Assembly (NCBI GenBank): GCA_951406725.2 | Contig: OX597815.1 | Span: forward strand, 60,140,001-60,204,000 | Direction: 5' to 3' | From: Octopus vulgaris | Taxonomy: Eukaryota | DNA length: 64,000 nt | In this document: positions 41,601 to 55,337 of the stretch, piece after piece | How positions within the stretch are numbered: position 1 is the stretch's first letter | Layout: every line of letters starts with the position of its first letter | The notes under the pieces: generated by a model | Seen by the model: the letters and a program-made list of their open reading frames with translations, nothing else | Told to the model about the DNA's origin: nothing | Database searches by the model: none | Program-made: the position numbers and the translations under genes

Positions 41601-42173
41601 CGTCTTCACATTTAACATCCAACAGAACCTGCCCAAAGAATTGTTGGAACATGGCGAGACAAGTGGTTAGGCATCTGGGTTGTATGATAGCTGTGTGTTG
41701 TGTTAACGCTTCATCTCGCGTTATTCTGCGGTCACTTCGACATCTGACGTGCAGTACACCGTGAATCAGTTCAGACAACGTCGATTTGATGGAGAGAGTG
41801 AGCTAATGTACATCACATACATTTGATCACTATAAACAAATCATTTGTGTAGGTCATGCGGCAAAAGCTGAACACTTATACGTCGTCGTCGTCTCATCAT
41901 CATCATCATCTATCACGTTCCCATTCGATCGTATAATAGTTATACTTTACTGTTAATTTTCACAACCCCATCACCCAACTTGAAAATTTACATCGTTGTG
42001 TTTTGAAAACCTGCCACCCAGTGAAGTTTAAATGCTTATTGGTTGATTTGAAGTATATCACATTGCATTATATTACTTGTACAATCATGATTATAATTCA
42101 GTTTTCTTCACAACTCTCCGACGAACGGGAATATGAAACAGAGTAATAGTTTTGTGAAAATTTTACAGCTTTG

Positions 42174-42243
<70 letters not shown>

Positions 42244-42249
42244 ATGTAT

Positions 42250-42378
42250 ACCAAATCCACTCACAAGGCTTTGTCTGCTCGAGGCTATAGTAGAAGACAC
42301 TTGCCCATGGTGACACGCAGTGTGACTGAACCCGAAACCATGTAGTTGCGAAACAAAGTTCTTACCACACAGCCACGC
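42250..42378 (-). mobile_element. SINE family B 5' half
   Basis: taccaaatccactcacaaggc..gaagacacttgccc..cttaccacacagccacgc. Confidence 0.75.
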
Positions 42379-43234
42379 TGTATGTATACTTGATTGTTTT
42401 GTAAGTTACTAAGACTAAATATTGTTTTGTTATTCGAATTTATTTCGCAGTTGTTCAATCACTGAAATATTGATTGAATAACAGTGAAAGACAGAATATT
42501 CCACAGATAATTAATCGTAGCCGAGTACTTGATTATGTATGGACTTTCAATTTGGGTTCAGTCCCTTTCTAGTTTCCCTCTGAGCAAACTTCAGAGAAGA
42601 GAGAGTTTGATTGATAGACAGATAGATAGATAGAGAGAGGGAGAGACAGACAGTGAGATATATAGATAGATAGAGAGAGAGGGGGGAGAAAGAGAGAGAG
42701 GGTGAGACAGACAAAACAAGATTTGAAGAAATGTTATTTTGCAATAATTTTTGCACAAGATATCTTGCTGTGGGAGCGAACCAGAAACCATGTGGTTGAG
42801 TAGTGAACATCTTAAGCAGGGTCATTCGCTTATATTGGCCTTTGCTACAACACATCACTTAGTGACATGACTGGGCGCCATTACATAAACATGGCCGATC
42901 GTGGAGTCGTAAAAATAGTCTCGTCTGATAAACAACATCGTTTATAATAACTAACAACTGGACGATGGTGATGATGATGATGATGATGATGATGAAGAGA
43001 AAAAACATATCATTAAAACTTGTTAAAGGATAGGTAGTGCCGAAGGAAGTAAAAAAAAAGTAATATGGCGACGGCTGGGAAATGAAGTGGAGAGAAATGG
43101 CGATTGCTGTCATGGGAACCAAACGTCTGCTGCTAAACTAAATGCTCTGATGGTAATCCCATCGACAAACATCACTTTTATTCGTTCGCTAGATTTCGCT
43201 GCTCAATAGACACGTCTGGCATGATACTACTTTT

Positions 43235-43273
<39 letters not shown>

Positions 43274-43624
43274 AATTCCGCACTTTAAACATTGTATAAT
43301 GTTACTCATTAGTTCATTCTGCATGTGTGTTGTTTTGTTCTGTGTACGAAAGGAGTATATTTTTGTATTCACACACACACACACACACGTGTGTGTGCGT
43401 TTGTGTATATGTACGTGCGTGTGTGATACTTGTCATTCACATCGGTAACATTCAAGAAGTAAAAATATAAATATATGTAAAGATTTCTCTTTCGTTCTCT
43501 CCCTTGCTCTCTCTCTCTCTCTTTTGTTCCTCCTCTGTATGTGTGTGTATTAGTGCATGTGTATATATTTGGATATGCGTATGTGTGTGTGTGTATTAGT
43601 GCATGTGTCTATATTTGGATATGC

Positions 43625-43664
<40 letters not shown>

Positions 43665-43831
43665 GTGTGTGCGCATGTGTGCGTGCTTGTATAACTGTGT
43701 GTGTGTATAAGTGTGGGTGTATGTATATATTACTAGCAAAAAGTTCGAAAATTACCAGTTGTGTTCTAATCTTCAGTTGGAATAAAACACAACTGGCGTC
43801 CTGTACTGAGTTTGTATTTAATCAAGGAGAG

Positions 43832-43901
<70 letters not shown>

Positions 43902-45223
43902 TGGTGAGGAAGAAGAAAGAGGGAGAAAGGAGGAAAGAATTCACTTCAATATTTCACTGGTACTTTATTTGTCGATCTTGAAATATTGAACAGTAAAATT
44001 GATCTCGGTAGCACTTGAACTCAGAGCTCTAGAATCAAAAGGTTATATCGATACCTAAGACTTGATGCTTTATATTGTATCTCAGTCACGTGGTTTATGA
44101 CTTAAGACTAAAGAGAAAATGGTGGAGGGGTACGGTATCTTGATTGGTACACCAAAATCTCGCATATAGGAGATATATAAATCCCGCGTTGTGGCTTAAT
44201 GATTACGAAGGGAGATGCTACGGGAATATACTAAAGTATGGAATGTGATATTCATTTTTCAGTGTGTCCTTGAGTCTGAATAAAAATTTCTAAATAGATA
44301 TATACTTCCTAACACGCACGGCACTATCTATATTTTAACGATATGCGAAAACAATTACAAATATGCAATGCACATACAATGTAATGTACACACACACACA
44401 CACACACACTAACGCATACGTATATATGTAATTATTTTCGCATTAGTTCTTCTCAGATTTATATCCCTTTGCTAACATTAAACCACATCAAAACAAGCTT
44501 CTTAAATGACAACAAGGCGAGGTTTGTATTGTTCAATAAAAGGCGGTCTGCATGTAATGTTTCCTTTAGTTAAAAATCTCGGGCGAATGTTTGTGACATA
44601 ATTTTTATGGTCACAAGAAACCTTAGGTACCAATATTAATTATGACTCAACATAACAACGTATAAAGTTTTATACTGCCAATATTGACTAACATTTCTTC
44701 GGTAGGCATGAAAGAAAACATTGATACTGCCATTGATTATTTAATACGTATTATATAATGATTGACCCAGTCATTTAGTTAAAACATTTGTGGATGAATA
44801 TTTATTCACAGCAATTACCAGGCTATGCATGTATATATGTATACATCGACACACACACACACACATACAAACACACAAACACATATATATTCCCACATAC
44901 ATGTATATACACATTCATACATGCTTCTAATTCATATTTGAATGTGTGTGTGTGTATATATATATATATAAATAAACTTTATTTTCATATACATATTTTC
45001 TACGTTATCTCAACAATCAGCTTTAGTCATTTGAAAGATGCTGCTCTACAATGACCATGTTTCATTAGAAAGTGAAACTAGTTTTACACTTTCAATTTGA
45101 ACCAGAATTACAAAATGTTGCCTTACGAGAGTGACAATGTGTGAATAATGAAAGTAATGTTTCTCCGAATTAGTCACATCTGTACTATAATAAAGAAAAC
45201 TGCTTATCATCTATCTATATATA

Positions 45224-45972
45224 TTGGGTCATCTCATAAGTAATGCGATTTTTTCAATTGCATGAACAAAAAACCGGAGTGGGAAGGGATAAAATATCTA
45301 CATCAACTTGCTATAAAAGCAGGTAGTAATTTTATCTTGTCCTTATTCTTAGTGCAAGTTTTGAAGAGTGCAGTTCGATTTTAACAGTTATTTTTTCAAA
45401 GCTATAATGGAAGTGGCAAAGGAGCATATTCTGTATATTTTGCTTTATGAGTTCAATAAAGAAAAAACCCAACGGAAAGTGCGATGAATATTAATGCAGT
45501 AATATGGGTACTGGACAAGAGTAAGCCAGTGTCAACTGTGGTTCCAAAAATTCAGAACCGGAAACTACAGCTTAAGAGATGAGCCTTGTCCTGGAGAATC
45601 TGTAGGGCTCGACGAGGGCGTCCTGCAAAGCCTGGTGGAAGAAATCCCATCGTATCTGTTGAGGAACTAGCTGAGAAACTTGGATTTGGTCATTCAATCA
45701 GTCATTCAAGTCAGCGCTAAAAGAAAAACGATCATCTTTGTTTTCAAGACAGAAGTTGTTCTTACATCAGGGTAATGCTCGGCTACATACAGCGAGGATG
45801 ACATTCAAAAGGCTGGGGCAGTTTGAATGGGAAACGATGCCCCACCCACCTTATCCGCCGGACATTACCCCATCTAATTATTATTTATTTCGCAGTCTTC
45901 AAAATCATTTGGACGGAAAAATATGAATTCTGTTGACGGGATCAGAACAGTACTGGAGGAGTATTTTTCGTC
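45224..45972 (+). mobile_element. Internally deleted mariner transposon remnant (left TIR, broken transposase)
   Basis: TA|ttgggtcatc end; MEVAKEHILYILLYEF, WFQKFRTGNYSL.DEP, LHQGNARLHTA and PHPPYPPDITPSNYYLFRSLQNHL (YSPDLAPSDY motif). Confidence 0.88.
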
Positions 45973-45973
45973 A

Positions 45974-46252
45974 GGCTCGAGGTAATAGTAGAAGACACTT
46001 GCCCAAGGTGCCACTCAGAATGTAAAGTTGGGAAAAATGCTGCTTATGCGTAGCAGAAAGATCTCATATTCATCTTCGATCCAGCAATTCCAACACACTG
46101 CTTAATTCGGGATCTTAAATATTTTTGCAGGTGCAGACATATGGACAAGTTTTTTTTTATCGAACAGGAAGGCACCACCTACTCAGTGGGACTGAACCCG
46201 GAACCATGTGGTTAGTAAGCAAGCTACTTACCACACAGTCACTCCTGCGCCT
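45974..46252 (-). mobile_element. SINE family B head interrupted by a ~165 bp insert
   Basis: gaagacacttgcccaaggtgccac | insert | cagtgggactgaacccggaaccatgtgg. Confidence 0.75.
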
Positions 46253-46540
46253 AAACATTTTCCAATAAATCATAAATGCAAGATAGTTCTTAACAGGCGT
46301 TTGGGATTTGATGAGCAGCTCCACACTACATACAGTTAAGTGGAGAATAGTGGAGAAATCCAAGATATAAGTTAATGAATCTAAGAAATGCTGCTTATGC
46401 GTAGCAGAAAGATCTCATATTCATCTTCGATCCAGCAATTCCAACATACTGCTTAATTTGAGATCTTAAATATTTTTGCAGGTGCAGACACATGGACAAG
46501 TTTTTTTTATCGAACTGGAAGGCACCACCCGCTCAGGATT
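46253..46540 (+). mobile_element. C-terminal fragment of a PLE endonuclease
   Basis: VKWRIVEKSK..KKCCLCVAE..LLN..CRHMDKF has the same W-x-I..CxxC..CxH layout as 60180-60369. Confidence 0.55.
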
Positions 46541-47859
46541 GAGCCTTGCAAACTTTCACATATTTTCTGTTATTGTGTTCTAAACAAGTTGTACTTAATG
46601 AGCTTTCTGCAATCAGGGAGGGCGAGGATCATATTTCTTGATTTCATTTCCTTTTTCTCGCTCCATATTTTGTACGAACCTTCTTCACGTTTTTTTCTCC
46701 ACGTTTTCTTATTTTCTTACTGACCAGCGTCCTTGATTTTTAAAAATTATATATAAAGCATAAACAAAACCTGAAAAATTGCCTGTTGAAGTATCATAAT
46801 AGCACGAAATAATTAGAAGCTTTTTCTGTGGTATATCTAATTTGATATATATATATATATGCATGTATACTCATGACAAATCCTTTCCCAGTTGATTCTA
46901 TTGGTCAGTTGGAATTTTACTGAAAACGATTTGAGCTCCCATTGTCGACTTGAATCACGCAGTCGCTAATACGAATAATAACAACACGCACCGAATAATA
47001 ACAACGATCTGGGAATGTTTATGTATGAACCTCTATGTGTGTGTGTAATTATTAATTTAAGAGTTTGTATGTGTGTGTACGCACGATTCTCCTTCCCCTC
47101 TAATTTTTATGTAACAATCGTTTATCTTTCACTGCTGCCTCCCTACAAACTGTCTATATATTACTTCTTCCATTTCTCATTCTCTTTCTTTAATCATACA
47201 TTCTCTCTCTTACTCACTCTGTTTTTCTATCTTCCCCCTCTCTTACTCTCTCAATACTAATAACTCATAAAAAAATTGCCAGAGTCTGAGCAGCAGGAAA
47301 AAATGAAATAAAGGAACGAGAAGAAAAGAGACACACAATAAAAATAAGTGGATGAAGGGGAAACGTACACTCTTGGTTGGATGTTATCTATCTCTCCTGC
47401 TTTCTCTCTCCAGCGGCTTTACTTTCATCATTTCTCCCTTTCTCTCTCAATATATACTCTGAAGCCTCACATCAAAAGTTATTTTATCGAAAAATTATAA
47501 AAAAATAGGTCACAAAATGCTGTCTTCTTTATTTCTTTACATTTCCATACGTTCTGCAACTCGAATCATATTACGCCTTACATTTCTTGAAATCACATTT
47601 TCCCAATTTCTCTTCAACTTTATAGCCACAGGTCTGCATCAGATACTAACAATTTCATTCTACAACAGCGCTCGTGTAACTTTTTTATTGTTCATTTCTT
47701 TTCCATTAAAGGCTATTATTTTTTACCTGATATAACAGGAAAGGACACTTGTTTACAATAGCTTTTTAAATAATTTGTTTCCATCAATAATGCCACAGAA
47801 AAAAATGTGCCCTACCTACAAAGTCTTCTACTACCATACTCAAGTGTGCTTTCACAACA

Positions 47860-48200
47860 GCAGAAACAGATAAATAGCATCGACAAATACCTCAAGTTTC
47901 TTGGAATGCAGCTCGCAAGAAACTTGAGATTGATAGTGAGCCTGATACAAGCCATAAACAGAGTGTTGTCAACAGGTTGTATATAGAAACCATAAAATAC
48001 CACAACAGCAGAAAGCTCAAAGAGCAAGACAAGCAGAAGCTATATTCTGACCATTCGTACATGGGATTGGAAAAGAGGAGCCTTCAGCTTGGACATGATT
48101 TTACTTCTGACAAATAGTCAGAACTAGAATGATGTACAAAATTCTGTGACAAATACTTGATCGAGAAATAAAAACAAATGCAAAGAAGGTGGAAACAAAA
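47860..48200 (+). mobile_element. Possible very degraded R4-type fragment
   Basis: KYLKFLGM and SLIQAIN only. Confidence 0.3.
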
Positions 48201-48235
48201 GCACAGGCCTTATGTATGGTATATATATATATATG

Positions 48236-48269
<34 letters not shown>

Positions 48270-48271
<2 letters not shown>

Positions 48272-48450
48272 GCTTGACATCCGATGCTGGTGTGTTTATG
48301 TACCCGTAACTTAGTGGGTCAGCAAAAGAGACTGATAGAACAAGTACTAAGCTTACAAATAATAGGCCCTGGGGTCAATTTCTTCAACTGGAACCCTTTA
48401 AGGCGGTGCTCCTGCATGGCTGCAGTGAAACGAATAAAAGAATAAAAGAA
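48270..48450 (+). mobile_element. SINE family B 3' half
   Basis: gcttgaca.ccgatgctggtgtgttta..cccgtaacttag..aaggcggtgctcc.gcatggc. Confidence 0.7.
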
Positions 48451-48888
48451 CAAGTGCCATGTGCTGTTCTGATGGAAAAGTTAATTGACTGAGGCACCAG
48501 AGCTTCGAAAACAGCTTCTTAATTCCGCAACTGAGGAATCCATGCATTTCATAAAAAACTACAGAAAAATATATCTTTTACAGATAACTTCCTATGCAGT
48601 AAAAATCAGTAAAGGGGATATCATGCCAACTTTTAAAGAACAAGAGCAAATCTAACACAAAATTTGTTTACTTCTTCCTCTTCCCAATGATGTTTCTACT
48701 GCTTTACTTTGTTGAAGACTTAATAAAATCACCGTCATTCCCAGCATAAGTTTGATTTGATTCATAAATATCAAGTTATGGTACATCAAAGAACAGGTGT
48801 GCTAGACGTTTCCTGTATCCTGAACTATACCAGGTATTCTGCTAGTACACACATACGTATATGTATGTATCTCTCTCTCTCTCTCTTT

Positions 48889-48953
<65 letters not shown>

Positions 48954-49112
48954 CATATATATACATATATATATATATATGTTCAGCAACAATTTAGATT
49001 CAAATGAATATGGCACTTAATTTAGATGCACCAGAATTTTTTATGGTGTTACCCATAAAAATATGCGGGGTGATTATAATCAAAAATAAGCAACAAGAAT
49101 GAATCCGGTAAT

Positions 49113-49198
49113 TTAGTACAATTGTTTCATACTACAACATTTTATTAAAAGCTGTAAATATTACAGCAGATTTAAGATGCCGAGTAATCTTCAGCTAA
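49113..49198 (-). ncRNA. Type I hammerhead ribozyme, intact core, long stem II
   Basis: Minus strand: ttag-CTGAAGA-ttact cggcat...gctgtaa..ttacagc...atgttg t agtat-GAAAC-aatt-GTA-ctaa. Confidence 0.75.
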
Positions 49199-50108
49199 TT
49201 TTATATAGGTTTTCCAATAATATAAAGTTCTCGGATCAATTAATAACATCTTAGGGAAGGTAAATATACAGATAAAGATGTAGATATGAATCTTAGGAAC
49301 ATGAGGTAGTGTAGTTTGGATGCAAACTGACCAAATCTTTGTTCACAACTGACTGTTGTAAGAAAATTCCCTTAGTTGTAAGGATGGGGGTAAGGGTAGG
49401 TCAAAAATTCAAGTTAGTTGAAGAAAAGAAGAGGAAAATTCAGGAGATGTAAAAGAACAGATTGTCACTAGAACAAAGGGTCAATTTATTTATGTGGTGA
49501 CAAAAGATTTAGGTCAGTGTAGAAAGTGTATATTTTAAGGCTCCTACATGACATTAATATGCATTCATGTGTATGTGAGTGTGTTTGATGTATATGTATA
49601 AATACGTCCACATATGTGCATAAAAATACATAACCGACTACATTAATTTACTAATATATACGCATGCTCACACACACTTACACACACATACACATACAAA
49701 CACACACACAAACATATTCTAACATGCCACATACAGATATACGTTCGTACATAAACGTAGTCATTCCTAGTTATTCTTTTCATATTGTACGCAGGTGCTG
49801 TGCATGATATGATCCCACGTGCGTTGAATATCAACGAAAAATTGAATACAACGACGGAAGCAAGAAAAATCTTTACAGATTTAACAAGTCTTTGAAGCTG
49901 TTTCGTTCTCTGAAGTTATTGTGGTATGTTCTGCTATTAATCGTCGGTGTAGGCGTGGTGTGCGTGGTTTAGCATAATGTATGTACTGGGTATTGTTGAT
50001 GACATACTAAAGATGAAGTAGAGGAGATGTGTTGTATAGGTGTTATAGTATAGACTGTACATTGTGTGGTGTGGTATGTAGTGGGAATTAAATCGTGTTT
50101 ATAGTGTA

Positions 50109-50142
<34 letters not shown>

Positions 50143-51000
50143 ATGCGTGTGTGTGTATCATATATTTTATAAATGTAATGTGTATAGTATGGGTATTAGT
50201 GTATATGCTGTAGTATGCAGTGTGTATGGTGCATTAGTTAAGTATGTCATGATTCTATTTTCCTTCAACAATTTCTCATGGAAAGTGCAAGTTCTCTCCT
50301 TTACGTATTGAACTGGAACACCATTCGCTAAATAAAATCTCGCAATACAGTTTTAAGAACTATTAATTTTTCTAGTTAGTTTATTCCACGAATTAAATAG
50401 GGACAAAGTTCTATGTCGACTCAACACAATTCTTTTCAATTGGTGTTTAATTCTTTGGAAGTCAAACATTGGTTATATACCATTATAAATCGTGTTGCCT
50501 GTACTCCTGACCCCAACAAGCTACATACTCTCACAAACTTCGATGGCGATAAACTAAGGGTTATCTATATATTACCAGCGGCAAGCAACAGCCAAGAGGA
50601 TTCTTGGATTAGTAACTTTCAAACTGAAGACTTCTGGTTAAACAATGCAACTTCAAAAAGTTCCCCATCAACAATGCTCAAGAAATTCGATTATGAAAAC
50701 TTTAATTCTGAAATAATTTCAGACGACTCGAAAGTAAAGCAATAGGCTTGGAAACCTAATATTGCAGGACAGAGTATTGGATTTATCTGAAAAGAATTAT
50801 TAGGTTTTTAAGCAGTATGTCTTTGGTAAATAGAAGTACGAGTGTTAGGACATAGGGTATCAAACAGGGAACTATTTCAGCAACTGTTTCTTGGAGGTGT
50901 TTCGCGTAGATATTTATAGACATAGCAGCAAAGAGATGTCACCATTGAGAGAGAGAAAATAAAAGACCAGTTATCTTGACAAAATCAGATAACTATGCAT

Positions 51001-51069
<69 letters not shown>

Positions 51070-51747
51070 TCTTTGTTTCCTACAACTATTACTGTGATTA
51101 ATATAAGGTTCACTTAATAATGGAAGCTCTCATAGCTATCCGAACCGATATTGCCAAACTCAATGGCTTAGCCATTCAGGGTCAACTTTATGATGGCGTT
51201 TACAAGCTTAAATCTTGAATTACGAGAATATATGATGCTTATATTAGATATATTATACAGTTGTACAGACATCTTTCACTGTTGGTTATACAGAGTCTCT
51301 GACAGACTTGCACGTCTCGATATTCTTCACAAGAATTTAAATTTAATGACCTTGAAACCTTTCTAGTGTTGTTAAATTTTGCTTGCCTAATGGTTCAACC
51401 TGTTGCTCATTTCAGTAATTTAACTCTAAATGTAAAGCTACATCTACTCGAAGATACTCGGTGGACGATTGTAAAACTAATCCCAGAAAGTAAAATAGAA
51501 TTGAGTTACTCATCATGGAATGGTCAGGTTTACAGTAACAAGATAGGAAAATTATGAACGAAGCCCTGTCATTGATTTCCCAACAATTTAGACTCTTTCT
51601 TGTACTTTCCCACCGTCAATCAATGATAAGTTGATCAAGATTATATCTCAACATTGTAGCAAGATCAATATGAAATACACTTATTATCAACTACCACTGG
51701 CGGTTAAAGATTGTTTTTAGTTGGCTTAAACCTTGGGGCAATTGTAA

Positions 51748-54700
51748 AAGTTGTTCATAAGAAGAGACATAGTTTGATAGGAGCAATTTCTTTGGAGTCT
51801 TTAGTATTTGAGGTTTCTCATGTGCATTTTGGTGCTTTGCACATAAATGAATGGTGTGGGAGATCAGGGTAGGCGTAGGTGTGCCCGACTCGTTTATTCA
51901 TTTACTGATACACACGTCTGTGTATACATATCTACACCCCCCACACACACATACACATCTATTTTGATATTACAGACATATCAATATTTTTTCAATTAGT
52001 GATGAAACAATTTATTTCCTTTTATTTAGATGAGATTATAGTTTGTGAAAATTCTATCGAAGATCATGGCAGAATTTTTGAACCATTTATGTTACCTCTT
52101 ACATTAACACTTTCTACAAATGTTTTCATATATATTTTTCTAAAAGCGAATTTTAAAAAAACATTATTTGGATTGCTAGTTTATGACCAGAAACAGGTCT
52201 CACGTTTTCTGATAAATTAATTCTCTTAATAAAAAGTATCATTTTTTTATTCCTCAAAAGGCTGTTGGTGGTTTAAAACTAGTAAAATCTAAAAAAAACC
52301 TGCCTTCAGTTTATTGACTGCTACAATCTTATTCACTAACACCGAAGCGTCCGACATCGTTCTAGATACAATGTTATCATAAAATGAGAGTCCTGTACTT
52401 TGTTTTTCTCTCGAGCATTTTCCAAAACTGAATTATTGTATCCTTCCATTAAGAAAAAAAGTTACCACAATTATTGAACTCTTACGAACATAGAAACACT
52501 ATATTCTAGTCAGACAGTGTTATATATTCATTACAAAGACATGTTTGATGAATATAGAAAGAAGTAAATTAAAGATACAATGTTACATTTGAAGGACGAA
52601 CTTTGTACAATCTTGACATTTTCTATTTGTGTGTCTTGATTAACCTTCAGAGTGAGGGAGAGGAGTATGATTCTTGGAGTTGTGAAAGGTATGCTGAGAG
52701 AAATATGGTTGAGTATGAAAGCGACAGAGGTGTGTATAAGGGCGTGATTGTGCTGACAATGTTATATAGTGCAGAGACGTGGGTGCTGAGAAAGGTGAAA
52801 AGGAGACGACTAGATATTTTGAGATGAGATGTCTGAGGGCTATGGTTGATGTGACACGGATGGACAGGATGGGAAATTAGAAGGTGCGAAGACGGGCAGG
52901 AATGAAAGAGAAGCTAACTAAATTGGATAGACGAATGTTGAGATGGTTTAGCCACATTGAGATGGTGGATGGGGAGCGGATGGTAAGGAGGGTGATGAAG
53001 ACTGAAGTGGTAGGCAGACCTCGGTTTGTGTGGATGGATGGAGTGAGGAAAGCTTTAGTAGTTAAAAGTGTTGGAGTGAGAGAGCCAAGATAGTTTATAA
53101 ATGATAGGAAAGCTTAGAGAGTATTTGTGGACGGATAAGTGAATTTTAATGTTGCTCAAAAGGGTACGAAACCAACATGATACAGCGGGGGTAAACCAGC
53201 ATATGCTACCGGGCGCCACTGCTGATATTCAGGGTTGCGTTCTATGCCTTGACCCGAGCATAGAACGGGACTCGCCCCTTTGAGCTGGGAAATGAATGGA
53301 ATGCCTGGTGCGTGTCTTGCTGTGACTACCTCCTCCTATGAAAAAAATGGGGAATAGGCCTGGGTATATGACGTGCGCTGATGTAATTATCTGGAATGTT
53401 TGACCTCAGTTGACCAGATTACATTTTTTCGACGTGTTCACAATAAATTATGTTACCAGACATAATTACCACACAAGAGGTGTGAAGATTATTGCAGGAT
53501 CTACCGGCAAAACAAAAATGCTGTCCTTTTCCTAAAGATGTTTGTAAAATTCGGTATGGCAGTCGGATATGCTCTGAACTAAAACCTTAAATTTGCAGTC
53601 TTAAGAGAAACACCTTGTAGAGGCTCCTCAGGCTGGGAGGCAATCCTTATTTCTTTTTAAAATCCAAACAGGCAAGATTTCGATACAAATATAAATATAT
53701 AGCAGCAAATGTCGAGCGCTTAAAATAGCCTTTAGTTCTTCCTTGTGCACTTCTTAAACTCTTGTTCAATGTCCCAAAGACAATAAAAACGATGAACCAT
53801 TAGCTACATATAGACACTGTTACCCCTCCCTAACTTTCCTTGCATCATATCAATGGCCATGTAAAATTTAGGAAGTTTTTCTGTTACGTTCTTCTGTATT
53901 TATGCTACGTTGTCAGAGAGAATAATAAATCTCATATGGTTTCTTACAGCATGGGGCCAACAAGACTATCTGGAGTTGGTCTGTATGTCAGGACAGAGAG
54001 TCAAAGTTATAATGCTTTATAATGATATTAAAACACTGTCTTAAGAACACACGGATTCTTTTTCTATCTATTCATAATGACAAAAATAACAACAGCATCA
54101 ACGACTATTAAACAGAATCATTTATAATATCACAAAACACTATTATTGTGTTTTCTATTGTTGTAAATGTGTCTGTTTAATAATGCAACCAAGCAACTTG
54201 AGAAGTATTTATAAATATATCTGTTATTTGGGGTGGTTCTGCTTTTAGTGGCAAAGACTTTGACGAATTTCCTCAGGCAATCAAATGTACCTCTTGTATT
54301 TCCCGTGATAATACTTCTTGGATCGTTTTATGCACTTAGCACGTTTTAATAATCCATGATGAAACTAATAAAATAATATTGACAAATATTATATTATTAA
54401 GTTCCGTCATGTTGTTCTTTGCTTTGGGCTGAACTGGGGTCAATGTGTGTACCCTGAGTTTATTCATCGTTTGCTTTCTTTTCTACGTCTTTTTCGTGTG
54501 TTGTAAACGGGGTGAACGTCTTGTATATGACCCCTTCAACGTTTATCTTTTCTGTGCACACACGCATGTGTGCGTGTGCGTGTACGTGTGTAATGTTTCC
54601 AGCATTCTCTGAAGTTGTTCATAAGAAGAGACATAGTTTGATAGGAGCAATTTCTTTGGAGTCTTTAGTATTTGATGTTTCTCAGGTGCATTTTGGTGCT

Positions 54701-54815
54701 TTGCACATAAATGAATGGTGTGGGAGATCAGGGTAGGCGTAGGTGTGCCCGACTCGTTTATTCATTTAGTGATACACACGTCTGTGTATACATATCTACA
54801 CCCCCCCACACACAC
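51748..54815. repeat. Pair of near-identical ~205 bp direct repeats (51748-51950 and 54612-54815)
   Basis: aagttgttcataagaagagac...tctacaccccccacac; about 3 substitutions seen. Confidence 0.92.
52645..53370 (+). mobile_element. RTE-clade LINE 3' fragment
   Basis: Reads MLYSAETW, EMRCLR, TRMDR, LRWFSHIE, GRPRFVWMDGV. Confidence 0.85.
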
Positions 54816-55149
54816 ACACACACATACACACATACACGCGCGCGCGACATTTATTAAAATTGCTAACAGAAAAAGTAAAGAAGGAAATGAAGGATCAATC
54901 AGTCAATATCAAAAGTAGGTGAAAGTAAAAATATCTTCGATCGATGTCTTCTACATTTTTCTTTTTTCTTTTCGTTTTCTTTTTTTTTTGTTTAGTGTTT
55001 TCCATGCTTGATTACATTTTGGAAAACTGGGTCTAATCGCTCATACGTAGCTATGTACTTATAGACGAGCCAGCTAAATATGATGTAGCTATATAAACTG
55101 CTTTCCCCCCCTCTCTCTCACACATATACACACACTATATATATCTTTT

Positions 55150-55337
55150 TTTTACTTGTTTTAGTCATTTAACTTCAGACATGCTGGCCACCACTTTGAA
55201 GAGTTTTTGTCTACTAATCGATCCCAAGACTATCTTTTTTTAAAACAAAACCTTGTACTTATTCTATCGGTCTCTTTTGCCGCACCACTACGTTACGGTG
55301 GTGGTGGTGGGGACAAACACCGACACAAAGACACACA
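55150..55337 (-). mobile_element. SINE family B 3' half
   Basis: tacttgttttagtcattt..catgctgg..gtacttattctatcggtctcttttgccg. Confidence 0.65.

Noticed and set aside
49885-49915. Hammerhead (minus-strand cGAAACagcttc)
   Set aside because: No CUGANGA or pairing stem I partner visible.
51748-54815. LTR retrotransposon
   Set aside because: No TG..CA termini, primer-binding site, TSD or gag/pol.
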